Of a stretch of 64,000 nucleotides of DNA, positions 36,462 to 50,173 are shown in pieces (within the stretch, counting starts at the first letter, position 1; every line of letters begins with the position of its first letter). The stretch spans positions 427,179 to 491,178 of the forward strand of contig NW_027192215.1 in NCBI RefSeq assembly GCF_041956535.1, in the 5' to 3' direction. The translations under genes were made by a program, and so were the position numbers. Under the pieces are notes generated by a model. The model ran no database searches. It saw nothing but the letters and a program-made list of their open reading frames with translations, and was not told where the DNA came from. The stretch is from Calcarisporiella thermophila CBS 279.70 (Eukaryota > Fungi > Calcarisporiellomycota).

Positions 36462-38861
36462 GGTTGAGTTGAACAACTATATATCCGGAAATGAAGAGAG
36501 TAAAAGGAAAGATGGCAAATAGCCCCCCTCCCTTTTCACTAGAAGCACATTAGAAAACATGGCGATTACTGCCGCTACATAAAATGTGGATGCATTTTTA
36601 CCGATATTCACCTACTCGCTTCGTTAATTGGACTGCGAAAGCTTCTCAGCTAAGAGGTGTATAGTAATGGGTCAAGCGACGAAACAATCCTGGAATTCGA
36701 GACGGTAAAAATGGCGAAAGGACTTCAGCATCTCTTCGAAGAAATCTACTGTGCTACAGCTCATAGATATTAGATTTCAACAACAACTTATTTCTCCAAA
36801 TGTAAAATAAAGTCTAGATTTTCCTGAAAAACTATCATATTTCCAATCGCTGACTTTCAAAATAGAACTATTACAACTATACTTGTCAATTTTGCCATTC
36901 AAAACTAAGTTCGGTCAGGCCATGTCGTAAATCATGCCTCACACTATGAGGCTCCATAAAATGTCGTATTGAATATATTTGAACCGCGTTGTTTTAATTG
37001 GCAGCCCAATGATAATTCAATATAATATATTGATTGTCAAAGTATTATTTGGTTCAGATGCACGAAACTTGAAGTGATAACTTGGGCCAGAATTTCTATG
37101 TTACTCAAGGATGTATTAAGCTACTACGGGTGCTTGTGAAATAGACAGAGATGCAGGGGTAGTAGAAAAATCAAAAATACTATTTACCGAGCGTAAGTAT
37201 AATCTATGGCTTTTGACGAGGATGCTGATGGTGGCAACCTTCTTTTCCTTTGTACTCTTTTAACCTAAGTATAAGCTATACTTTCTTACCAAAATTTTAT
37301 GTTATAGTCAACATTAATGAGAGAAAGAGCTAAACTGATGCGAAAATATAAAGTATAGCCGATGAATATACAACAAAAGTTGTCAAAGGTAATAACTTTC
37401 AGTTAGAATTTTGGTCGGGAAATATTTAATACCAATCCTATAAACTTGTCTTGAGTTCCACTTAGTCAAGCCACATAATTTTGCCACTTGTTTTTCGCGT
37501 GTTTGCCCAAAAAAAACTTGGTCGGCCACCAGATCCAACTGTGCGAATCCAACTTACTCCTTGCAAAATCATCCCGCTTATTCGTGTTCGACCGTCCATT
37601 TCCTGAAGATGTGACGTTCAAACTTGAGTGACATCTCTAAGATGAGGAGACTATACAAATTAGTAGAGATTGCCACGTAAATTGCATCACATTAATGAAA
37701 TATATGTGAGGTATTTCTAGATGATATCAGAGCCATTCTTACCCTTCTATTTCAATTAATGTCAAACATTTCTAGCTTTCTTGACAGAGGTAAAGGAGCC
37801 AATGGAAGGTGACAACACGATGTAAGTTTTCCTTGAAAATGGAACATCACAAATTCGTCTTTTCAGGGATAGAAAATAAAAAAAAGAATATGAAGGGTAA
37901 ATTATACTATTTGCATTTATTTCCGCTGCAGTCCATAGTTTATTCCCTTGCTTTATTTATGTAGAAGCTATGAAATTTATTATAGAATACGGGAATGACC
38001 AAAGAAATGTTGATCAAAGATTTACCAGATCTAAGAAAAGAATCAGAAGAAAATGAGGCAGAGAAAATGAAAAGTACATATTGCATGATTACTCTACAAA
38101 TTGTCTATTTAATATTATATTTGGTTTACAGTAAAAAAGAAAAAAAAATATCTGAAAACGATCGGCTGACAAACGTTGAACTAGGAGTGGCTAGAGAAGC
38201 CTTAGGAATTACCTAAAGGACTCTCACAATACAGATCACAATATTATATTCTACTAGCAATGATGCCATAGTGAATGATGGGATTCCGGTGATACGGTCA
38301 TACCATTTGTTACGATACAACGAAATTAGGCACAGAATTTGGGTTACGGCAAAACTCGAATAAATGCGAACATTACCGTTAGGATCTCTCTCCTGCATAT
38401 TTGCAAGCGCCCTCTGTATTCGACTGGCTTTCCTCCAACATCCCCACTGGTTGAATGGGTTATTGAACAGCTAATGCCCACCTCCTCTTACTTGGAAAAT
38501 GTCTAATCTTTCTCCGTCTTAAATTATTCTCGTGGTTTTTCCTGTATTGAAGACTCTTAGGCAGAGTTTAGTGAGTTTAGTTACAGCTACTTCTCACAGG
38601 GATGGGGAGCATGTGAGGCGACGAGTTTCATACCGGATATTCTAAGAACACCACGACAATCACTATATTATGCTCTGTGTCAGCCTTTGCCATCGTTTCT
38701 CATTCCGTGTCCTCGCGGTTGCATTCGTTCAGCCATAGTATTCAAATGCTACAGTATAATTATTTATTTCTTAGCTTAACGGTGAACAGAAAAATCTTAA
38801 TCGTATTCTCCAATAAATCCTTTTTTATTAATAACATTGGTCGCGTTAACTATTGATCCAC

Positions 38862-39983
38862 TCACAAGTCAGATTTGATAAAATGAGAGGGCGAAGCGTT
38901 TGAATCTTTCAGTTTGTCCAACCATTCATCCAAGTATGCATTCACTAGCTCCGGTTTTTCCCACAATATCCAATGCCCAGAATCTTCAATCACCTTGATC
39001 TCCACATTGGGGATAAATTTCTGCATCCCTTCCAACATCCTAGGTGGCAGAGCTACATCCTTGCCTGCACCAACCATCAGTGCTTTGTGCGAGATAACCG
39101 GGTCTAGGTCCTTACACTGTTCCCAGTTGATTTTGGTCAACTTATACCAGTTGAGGCCACCACGAAATCCTGATTTTTTGTACTGGTCGATATAATAATC
39201 GAGAACCTGTTGGGGAAGAATACTTGCTTTGGGAATATCAGCAGGCTTATCTCCCAATATCGTTTTCTTTTCGCGGTTGTAGAAAGAAGTGGAAGCTGTG
39301 CCTGGTGGTCGAAGCATAAAACGAAAGAATAAATCCGGATTAGATGTGAACTCGGCCTCAGCTTCGGGAGTGATAAGGTATGCTTGGTAGTCAAAATTAG
39401 GATATTGTTGGATAATGTCTTCTAAAGGCACATATTCTTTAGACTGGGGTCTGTATGGTGTGCAGAAACTGGCTACTGCGATGACTCGTTCGGGGTAAAA
39501 TTGAGTAAAGCGCCAAACGACTGAACCTCCCCTAATTCATTGATGTAAATTTTAGCATGAAATTGATCGAGTTGGGTAAAAAAAAATCACGACTAGAGTG
39601 CAATAAAGGCACCAAACTTATACTGATAAAAAAAATAGATATATATCTTACCAATCATGACCCAATAAGATAACCTTAGGGATGTTTAAGTGATCTAATA
39701 ACGAAGCAATATCTTTCGAAATGACTCCAAAGCCATATTCACGGTAATCGGATGGTGCTTCAGTTTGACCAAAACCTCTCATATCAGGTACTATAACACG
39801 ATAGCCCTTCTTGGTTAAGAAGGGAATTTGATGTCTCCAGCCGTACCATAAATCCGGCCAGCCATGGCAACATAAAATGACATTTGTGCTTTGGGGGTTT
39901 TCATCCACATAATGCATGCGGATGCCATTCACTTGTGCGATATGATGGTGAAAGGTTGAAGGGTCGAGGATATCAAGAGCCAT
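38862..39983 (-). CDS. Epoxide hydrolase-like alpha/beta hydrolase, 2 exons
   Basis: HGWPDLW, PDMRGFG, GHDW|GG nucleophile elbow across an intron (~39533-39650), GGLNWY, GHWILWEKP. Confidence 0.92.
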
Positions 39984-41917
39984 GTTTTAATAATTTAAAA
40001 CTTTGTTTTTCAGATTGTATTTAAAAACGTTGAGTAATTTGTTTGGAGACGTGAGACACTACAGAGCAAGTAAAAAAATTTATAGCTACAGTGATGGTTA
40101 ATTCTCGGTTATTTATTCTAAATGCGATGAAGTAATTGCTTAAAATGGCACCATCGTGGGGTTGAACAATGCTTTTCATCGGAATTATGCTGCCGAAAAT
40201 TGGTAATTTAAGATTATAGGCTGTACTTTGTACTGTGACATTTCATTTTGCCGACGTATGAAAGACTGCGATGTAGACTTTGACCATTTACATAAGCATA
40301 ACAATAGTTTAGCCGTAGTTATTAACTTTGATTAGTACAAATAATATTTGTGCAAATTGTAATATAGTTACAAACACAACAATTAGTAATATTGTAATTT
40401 ACACATCCCCTTTTCAAAACTGCGCCTATTTTTAGTAATTCGTCGAAGGCTTAGAATTAGTAGAATTAGTCCTCAACGAATGTTAGAGTCGAGCCGAGGA
40501 ATTGTTTGTCCCTAGACCGAAATTGATTGTTCCCATTAAGCAATTGCATTTATTATTCTTCTATTGTAGCCATTCCAGGCCCGGAAACGGAGTGACTAGG
40601 CGCAGTGAGACTTGAGAAGAAGGGAAATGGCTTCTTTTGTGAAAGTGTGAGATCACCTCGAATAATAAGTGAGCGATTACGCAACAGCTTCAACACAAAT
40701 GGAAGACCGCGTCGAGAAAACTGACAAGAAATGTTATCAAGAATCTATCAAGGCCCACTCAGCAGTCCATCTTAATGCTGAGCTAACATGTGAGCGAATC
40801 GCACAAGGATAAGATATTCTTCGGAAATATCGCAAGTCTTACTCATCGTTCTACTAGTCTTAGTAACGTAAGAATAGTAGAATAATGAGAAGGGTGTTCC
40901 TCAAACATCTTGCTAGAAATTATAAGAACGTCCATATATACCACTGTGATCTCCCCCTTGCATTTTCCGAGGAGGTAAACTATAAGTCTCTGAAAAACTG
41001 AAGACCGTTCTTTTGTTCAAACGGCATCCGAGTGTACTGATGCAAACCCGTATGCGTTCGAAATGCGGTTTTGGCGCGGATCTCAGTTGCAAGGGTAATC
41101 TGGCGAAAACCCGTAATGTCATCAAATGAAGTAAAATGTCTTGACCATTCTATACCCCAACCCCTCCCCGACGAAAGCGAAATGTTATCTCAGAGTTCTA
41201 GCACAACGGAAGAAATTCGGTAGCTTGTAGCAGAATATGGCTGCATAGAATGCCATCAAATCTCTGCCGATAATTACGCCAGGCGTTGCTTTTTCTACAG
41301 CCGGAAATTGGAGATCAAGCTGCATTCTGTCGCGGTCCACCGTTTTCATAGTAGCCGCAATTCCTGTTGATCCGAGTGGAACGTGATATGCACCGAGTCT
41401 CTGGAATCCCCTTTACCTTGGTTCGAAACAATCGAGCGTGGAACCAGGGAGAAAAGGAGATCACATCGGATCAGGATGTAGCACGAACCTGTACCAGTAC
41501 AAATTTGGATTGGCCTTCCGTTGGTGATTGCTTCAGTGAAAAGCGCGCTATTTAATTCGAACGCACTGGCAAAATGGATCAATACGCTGGTTTCCGTTTT
41601 AATAGTTACAAAACGGAAGATGGCTGTCATAGCAGGTGGATAAGAAAATCCACCAAATGGTTGGCCTACTTTTAGGCTCCGCCGCAAGCAAATGGACGCG
41701 GCTGTGGCTCAAAAAAAAAGTCCCAAGCCTCCTCGGCTGCCATTAAAGTTAGTGAACTGCGGCTTGTTTCGTCATCCGACACTGCAAGTTTTTGAGGGTC
41801 TCAGGCGCCTGTTCATATGCTCCTACGTCAACTTAAGAATATAATGATCCAAATTATTCGTCAAGGGAAAAAAATTGGTCGCCCACACAAGTTATCCCAC
41901 CGTGCTGAAAACAGATT

Positions 41918-42175
41918 GTGTCGAAGTTCGGAGACAAGAATGCGAGGTGCAAGAACTTTGGAACGGGACGACTGAGCAGGGTATTTCCGAGAATATCATT
42001 CGCCAGACGCTCCACCGCAATGATTTGTAGCAAGCGTTCAGAGAAAAAGATCTCTTCTAAAAAAAACCGCCTCAAGAGATTGCGGCACGCAAAATATAAG
42101 GATTGGATTACTGAAGATTTGTATCGTGCAGATGAATGCCAAGTACCCATCTTTGGGAATGAAAGGCAGGAGTGA
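41918..42175 (+). mobile_element. Degenerate Tc1/mariner transposase fragment
   Basis: KRLRHAKYKDWITEDLY.ADE resembles 'ARKYKDWTVDDWKRVVFSDE' of the Tc1 copy at ~60.1 kb. Confidence 0.55.
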
Positions 42176-42422
42176 TGTTAGAAAAGGCATAACGAACTAC
42201 TCAATGCACATCATATACAACGGGGGTGAAAAAAATTGGAGGTGGAAGCAAAGCAATGTGGTTACCTATTAAAAGGGCATTTGATAATTCTGTTAAGGCC
42301 ATTTCAGACGTAATTGTAAAAATGAAATAATTTTAAAAAATGTGACGTCATAAAATTATACGATAAAATTAAGCTAAATTATATCACATTATCTTTATAT
42401 ATTCGAACGCTTATGTTATAAT

Positions 42423-44973
42423 ATGAGGGTTTTTTGTGTGTTATATAAACGAGAAGAAAGGCTGTCTGATTCGTTCAGTGTGGAGATCGATGAATCTAAC
42501 ATCGTCGAGGATCTCAAAGAGAAAATCATGGAAAAACAAAAGGAACAATTTGAAAACCTCTCCTCTTCGTCGATCTACCTTTGGAAGATCGAGTATTCTT
42601 ATAATGAGTTGATACAACTTATTGACAATTTCGATGCGATCAAGAAAGAGCGATTGTCTGCTGAAGCTGAGATCAGTGATATCTTTCCAGAGCCTCCCCC
42701 CAAAAAATGTATACACATTATAGTTGAAATTCACACAGGTACAAAATATTTCATAGTATCATTTTTTGTGAAATATTTTCTTATGTCTTGTGTCTCTGTC
42801 TTATTTTTGTGACAATAATTATTTGCATTTGAATTAGAATTACTAGTACTAAAATTATTTTAACCTAACACTAGTGGGCTCCAGAAAAATGAATATAGAA
42901 AGTGCTTTTCCCAATGGTAATTATATATGATGACGATTGAAATTTGAATATATTTATGTTATACTTATATTTGCTTCTCTTGGTTAATTGATAACAGGCC
43001 TCCCCTACGAGAGACCAAAGCCTTTACTCAGAACTATCGGTTTGGCTTGGGAGTATCAGCCAGCTCCTAATCTATACTCAATACTACAAAAAGAGCTTCT
43101 AACACATATCCAATACTATCAAGGTGGACACATTGATAAAACCACAATGCCACTGTATCTTTTTCTCTCAGGCGCAGGCACCGGAAAATCACGAAATGCA
43201 ACAGAGTTCCACCGATCGCTATTAGAATGCTTACCAGAGGAGCAGTTAGAACTAAGGAGTAAAATTCGTGATGCATGGGTTTTTCACGTCAGCTTGGAAA
43301 ATGGTAGCTCAATAATTGATGGGCTAGAGCCAGACGCTTACCTAGCCATTGGCACTCGGATGCTTTGGCAACTTTTGCCCGAGTCAAAATTAACACAGGT
43401 CATCAATAAATATAAAGCACCAGACCCTACAAGCGTTATAGAGTTGGTTGCAAAATTTGAAGGGATAGATCCGAACGAAGCTACAATTATCTTAGTCGTC
43501 GATGGTTTACAATCTCTCCTAGTAAAAGACAGCGATGGTTTGGACGAAAATTCCGTTTTTTACAAGACCTTGGCAAATATTGCGGATCTTGCGATTGGTG
43601 GAATGTTTCTAATACCATGTTGCACTTCAACAGTCTTTGGTCCAGTCGATAGTTATCTGAGAAGTACACATCGGCATCGCGTATATCTTCCAGTGGCGTC
43701 TTTATCTCCTCCAATCATTCGACGTGGAAATACCCGAATACATGCATTCCAAGAAGATGATTATATCATGAGCATTCTTGTTAGCGACTGTTCAGGGCAT
43801 GGGAGAGCACTTGAGGCACTTTATGAGGCATTAAATAAGGTCAATCTCGAAGAAGACAATATTGAAGATTTGATGCATGAGCTATTTTATATGATTAAAG
43901 CACGATATAGCGAGGCAATTAGAATTTCTGCTCCGGAAGCTAATGCTGTTGTGCGGGCGATCCTTTCCCATCGTTGTTTACATGCAGATGAGATTGTCCC
44001 AGGCACAAACAAGAAACCACATCAATTAGCACAGCCTGGGCTAATTCGATTTGATTTATACGACGACTCTTCCACTGGATATCTCAATGCGCCATATATA
44101 TGGATATGGGTTTTGGCACGAATTATTCCCCCAGGTGCTGATTTAATCCTCCGGGATTGGAAATTTTGCGATTACGGTGAGATGAGGTCTAAAATGGATC
44201 CAAGATCACCTCCAGGTGCTCAGTTTTGGCAACATTTTGAATATTTTGTCGCATCGTTTCGCTGCTTGAAATCGCGGGCATATGAGGAAGGAGAGTTGAG
44301 GGACGTTTCAGACATTCATAAAGGAGCACGTTTAAAGGCAGGTGTAAAGATTATAAACCACCACTTGAGTTTAGAATGCGCTAGCCACTGGGAAAACACG
44401 AGGTCATGTGATCGCCTACCTGGTAATTGGGACGTTAAATGCGAATATAAAACTGTTAATATTAGGGAAGGCAGGCATTGTGTACTTAACGGATCCTCCG
44501 CATCATACGGGGACTCTTTCTTGGGATTAAAACTCGAATCTGAGAATGAATGTCTCAACGAGGTTCACCAATACAAGCATTTTAATGTGTCACGGATCAG
44601 CAAAGAGCTTTATCAAAGAGAACGAGATAAAGCTGCATCACATCGAGATATTTTTGTTCTTTATACGACAGCTGAAGTTGGGAATATTGAGCTTCCAGAA
44701 CGCTCTGGAATTGTTGACAAAACGAGTTGGCTTGAATATTTTGGACCATTTGCAGGCAGAGCGTATCGGTTTGCGGTTGTTGGCCCTCTGGATATTAACA
44801 AAGCAAATCGAAGAGACATCCTTCGAGTTGACGGAATTGGTCAATCTTATGCAGAGCGTATAATCAATAAGCGACCATTCAAGGATTTGGCAGACGCAAT
44901 GGCGAAAACAGAAATACCAGAGATTCTGTTGAAAAAGTTTAAATTTTCAAATCATTCACAGGACGAAATATAA
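42423..44973 (+). CDS. CRN: Crinkler (CRN) family protein: Ubl header + P-loop NTPase + REase-like + C-terminal helix-hairpin-helix
   Basis: Exon 1 MRVFC..FSVEI...V.DLKEKI...IYLWKI...IHIIVE (LFLAK/HVLV equivalents); micro-exon ~42875-42916; main exon from ~42998 with SGAGTGKS, ILVVDG, SGHGRALE, YGDSF..EVHQYK, LDINKANRRDILRVDGIGQSYAERII. Confidence 0.88.
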
Positions 44974-46565
44974 AGGTAGAGTGCCTTCGAGATGTTTCCA
45001 GATACTCCCTTAATTTTAAAATACAATGAATTATATCAACTCTACTAATATTTCTATTAAAAATAAATATTGTAGCTTTTGTAAATATTTACTGGGAGCT
45101 CTGAAAAATACAGATCAATTTGAACCAAACTTTAGCGAGAACTATTTCTTATCTGAAGCCCAAGCGGAGATAGACCCAGTAAGTTGAGCCGGTAATATAG
45201 GTGTTACTACGAAGAATTCGGATTGAGATGGAGACCGAAAATGAAAATGAGAATGAAATTATGTGGACAATCCACATATTCAAAGGTGTAGTAAGATTTT
45301 ATATTTACGTGGCGATAAATTTCACTTTGTACACCATATTAAACACTTGTTATTTCTGCCCACACACCGCATTTTTTTTTTTTTTAGAATTCTATGCATC
45401 ATGTTACTCACTGTCAAGTGCACGAATCCCAGAAAATCTCAAAGGGAAAATGAAAAATTAGAAAGATGCGCAGATGATTGTTTGTTTTTTTTTTTTTTTA
45501 GCGCCCAGATCAATGAATGTATCATTCAGATTAAAATAAATGAAATTAAACGACATAAAAGAAATATATCTTGATATGTGAGTTTGAGTTGGACAATAAA
45601 CATCAAATTTGTGCAATATATTTCATTCTTCCTAAATAAGATACGTCCATTAATTACGTCATTTGAATTATATTATGCCTCTCTCTTTGTTGGCATGTAC
45701 TATTTCATTGGTCTCCAATTAATATTGGAGAAAGGAAGAAATGATGTGAATTAGTATATTTCTTAGACAATATATAGTAGAGTTGCAATACATATATAAC
45801 AATGTGATATTTACAGGCTAATTATTAGAAAAGTTAAACGCCAGCGAGTAGTAGTATGCTCCATTAGCAATAAAGAGGATTGTAGCAGATGTTAAGATAC
45901 TTAAAGTCAATTGATGAAACAGTAATGATAAGAGCAAATAAGAATATATTTCAACATCCAACAGATTCACTTCATTAGAGAAAAAATACTACTTACTATC
46001 TATTAGAGACACATATATGGTACAAACTAGAAATATATATGATTAAGGCTCAGCAGATTGATCATATTGATTATGGTAGTTGATTTAAGCTGTTTTTATA
46101 TAATTCGCCTTAATCTCTTGCATTTTAACTTGGAACCCATCCTGCTCAAGATTTAAATACCATCCCTGGAAGTGAAGTATGAAAGCCGACCAGGAAAAGC
46201 CTCCCAGATGGAAAAAATTCTTTATAAAAAAGTTATTTCTATGTGGCTATTATTTAATGTAACTATTAACAGCCCTCGATGCCATATGAATTGCTTTGAT
46301 TTTTCGTATTGGTCTTTTAAAAATACAAAAGTAGTGTGCCTCTTAGTTCCAATACTGCACAATTACTCTGATCGTTTTTTCAGCTTATAAATTTAGCATA
46401 GTGCCTGTATTTTTTAGATTGATCTTTATATAGTGTAATACAAATGGAAACCTTCAAAAACTAAGATTACAAAATTATACAGATACTGCGGAATGCATGA
46501 TGCCAATCATAAGTATTTTATCAATCCATACATAATGAACATTATTCACAGCGTTCATTTGCTGG

Positions 46566-47800
46566 CTATTGTGGAAGCTTCCAATTGATCTTACGAAGAA
46601 ACTCTTCAAAAGTTAGATATTTAATGCCGACGATCCGACTCTCCTTAATATTTGCTCCCGAGAATAACCCGAAATCGTTAATATACTCAAACCTACATCC
46701 AAATTATAAAGTTATCAAACCAAACCAAAAAAAAAACCGAGTTCAAAATATTATCCTCCTTTACATTTCTCGCAAATCCTCATTACTAGCAAGAAAAGGT
46801 ATTTCCTTTGGAAGCTCCTGAGGGGAAACATATTGATACTTGATTGGATGACCAGCAACTTCAGAATTTGGTAGAGTAAGTAAACAGTACAGAATAAACA
46901 TTCGTAAATATTCTCCCACCTTTTGCCATTATTTCAGTCACTTCAGGTATTGTATACGCTTCGCTAGTTACGTCTAGGGTCTTCCCAAGGTACTGCTCAC
47001 GATTAGCAAGAATTTGGACAACTACTGGCTAGATTCAAATCGAAGTTTAGCATGCGATTATCTAGGTATGTGTGAAATACTTACCCCAATGTCCATGCTC
47101 GCTGAGACCATTGGCACTTTTGTGGTAGGTCTAAACATTGATTTAAAAACATAGGAGCCATCCTCTTGCTTTTGGGGTCCAAGAGAGCCCAGATTGTTTT
47201 CATAGTAATAAGCGATTCTAACTCCAGTGTAAGGAAGTCCGATTTTTTTTATATGTTCCAATACATGTGCCTTGCCATTAAAATGATAAACCTTCGAGTA
47301 TTTTCCTTTGGATACCTCTTTGGCATCTTCCAATGCACTATATTAAGTTGTGTGAGAGCTGGGTATATAGTAAATAAAGTTTAGTTGAATATACCTAAAA
47401 ATAAAATGTTGAACCCCCATTTTCTTTGCCACGTCAGCTATCAGTTTGCCTTGTTCTTCTTCTTGTACGTGATTCTTCAGTGAGTGATCATAATAATTGG
47501 TGACGGCAAAAACCCCATACGCGTTAGAAAATGCACGTGTAAGATCATCCTCCTTGTTCAAATCTCCTTGAATCAATTCTACTCCTTTTTTTTCTAATTC
47601 TTTTGCATTTTTGGAGTCAGGGTTTCGAGTGATAGCACGAAGGTGATACTTATCAGATTGTTGAAGTAGCGAATTGATAACAGAACCACCTTATGGACGA
47701 AAGTAAGTATGGGTAATAAAAATAAGGGTAGAAAGGAGAGATTACCCTGAGTACCAGTGGCTCCACATACGACAATAATAGGTTTTGATGGAGAAGGCAT
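46566..47800 (-). CDS. NmrA-like NAD(P)-binding protein, multi-exon
   Basis: IVVCGATGTQG, QGDLN, AYGVFAVTNY, EEEQGKLIADVAKKMGVQHFI, HFNGK. Confidence 0.88.
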
Positions 47801-48604
47801 TATTATTTGGATCTAACTTACCGCTGCCTACTGAAGTAGATAATTTATACTTTATTAACTTACGCCCGAGATTAGAATATATAATAACATACACCCAATG
47901 TAAGCATTAAAAATCAAAATTTGCCCAGCTCGGTCTACCTAGGGGTTAAATGGAACACAGCGGTTGAAATTGCCAAATATGTGTATTGATTCTCGCAGAT
48001 TTTTCACTGAAATCGGCGATTCTTGATCAGGAGGATACTACTCGAGACACAACTCTCTAGGCCATGACATTGACATGAAGTTTTCCCCAAATGATTCGAT
48101 GATAGCCATGTTTATTTATAATTTTTAATTATTTTTATCATTTTTAGATTATCTCAGATCATTTCTTTAGATCATTTCATCATCAAATCATATCCTTTGA
48201 CTATTCAATTCCCTCAGTTAATATTTCTGTAATTACTGCGTACAAACTATAGCTGCCAACAAACATCAAAACGAATTCTATTCTCCATTTTTACGTTTTT
48301 AATCAATATGAGAGAGCATTGGATAGACGTCATTTGCCACCCCTCTCTATTATTGTCGATGGCGAAAAATAATATGAGATCGTATATATTTATATGAGAA
48401 CAACAACATAACTCATTAACGTTAAATATCCAAAATCTCTTAACCAAAAACCGTATTTTCAGAGCATCTCTAAACTCTTTGCTGAATTAACTGATAATCG
48501 AATACATAATTGTGTAACGAGCAGGTTTTAGTAACAATAAAATGCCGATGCATAATAATATCGATTGAAGAGTAGATTAAGGACTTAGGTAGGCGAATGG
48601 GAGT

Positions 48605-50173
48605 CTAGACAATTACGTCCTCCAACGGTAGATGCGGATGATATCCAACTATTCATATGCCATGGTCAATAAGATGAATGTGAGGAGAAAAATATATATA
48701 AGGGCAGATATTTCCTTACAAAAGATGCATCCATTGATAGCTGCTAGAGCTCGTTCTGTGGTGGTACGCTCCAACATCAGCTCAAGCAGTAGGCATTTAG
48801 CGTAAGGGCAATCAGGATCGATAATAAATGGATACTTTCTGTAAAGACTGGGGTCTAGAAGATAAGACTGAGGCAGCTATCATGTAGGGAGAAGAAAATG
48901 GCCATTGGTGCTGGATAGGATATCATTTACAAACGTACTTACTAGTGGATCTCCACGACATGCTATCCTAGTGTACAAGTCACAAAAAAATTCGGTCGTG
49001 TCATAATGTCCAATATTGATAATCAATCGATCTCGCCAATAGGCACTTGGTATTAAATCGATGCGTTTATCATGCGCAACCTCTAATTGTAAGCTTGTGG
49101 GTTCCAAACCCGGCCAATTGATTTCATCAGACTTGAAGCATTGCCAGAGGAATAATGCAGCTTCATTCATATTCATTCCTTTTTTTAAAATATTGAAGTT
49201 CCCTATTATGCCAAGAGCAAGCCCTAGGCTTTCCTGGGGAGTCAGGCAATTTCTCCGTGATTTCAAGTTTAATATCGAGAGGAGTAGGATGAGAAGCCAA
49301 GTGCTCTTCTGCCGAAATTTCCATTGTAGAGGCATTATTAGATTCGGAGATTTCAGGGCTTAAGCCCATGGGATCTTGAAAATTCAGAGGAGAAAGCGAA
49401 AACTCTGATTCAAGAGAACTCGGTTGTGCTGTTTCGACTGGGGAAAACTTTCCAGCTGCAAATAAAGAATGCTGGTTTTCTTCCAATTGCGAGACTGTAG
49501 CCATTTTGTCATCAATGCGATGAATATCTTGCTCTTCTTCCTTCAGTATATTTACACGCGGCTGAGTTTCAGTTGAGTACTTTGCGCTACTATTTTGATC
49601 AGTGTTCGTGGATTTAGACGCCATATATATAAATTCATAGGGTTGGAGGAAGTATTGAATATTCTCGGAGGATAAATTGGAATGAGCGAGCAATTGAGAT
49701 GGGAGTGTAGGGGCGTTTTTTACCCATTGTGAAAATTGCTCATCCACCTTTGATATTGGAACATTATGCTGCGATAGCACGAAATTGAAGGCCTCGAACA
49801 CTTGTCGTAGATAAAGGCTCTGCATCTTTAAATCGTACACTGTATTCCTGAGGTACTGGATAATGCACACCTGCGTCCGGTTCCGCTCCTCCGGATCTTG
49901 CAACCGGTGTTGATTGTTTTCCATATTCATTTTGGAGGAATGCTTGTATATTTTACGATACTGGATAGCTCGGGGCTTAGGCTTCCGGCCGCGTTTCTTT
50001 TTCGGAGGGGATGAATTTGAGTCTATAGAGAGACTAGCATGGTAAGTATCGTACAACGGCTTTTCATCGATAAAAACAATGGGAACAAATCCAGATCCAT
50101 CTGTTGCTGATGATGATTTCTTTATCACGGCTCGTTTGGAATTAGGCATTATGTTTATGCAGACAGAACGCAT
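48605..50173 (-). pseudogene. bZIP-DUF3425 transcription factor, inverted paralog (copy 2) with +1 frameshift
   Basis: Colinear with 22612-24171 including introns; extra A in the A7 run at 49180-49186 (TTT AAA AAA AGG versus TTT CAA AAA GGA in copy 1) splits the ORF. Confidence 0.75.
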
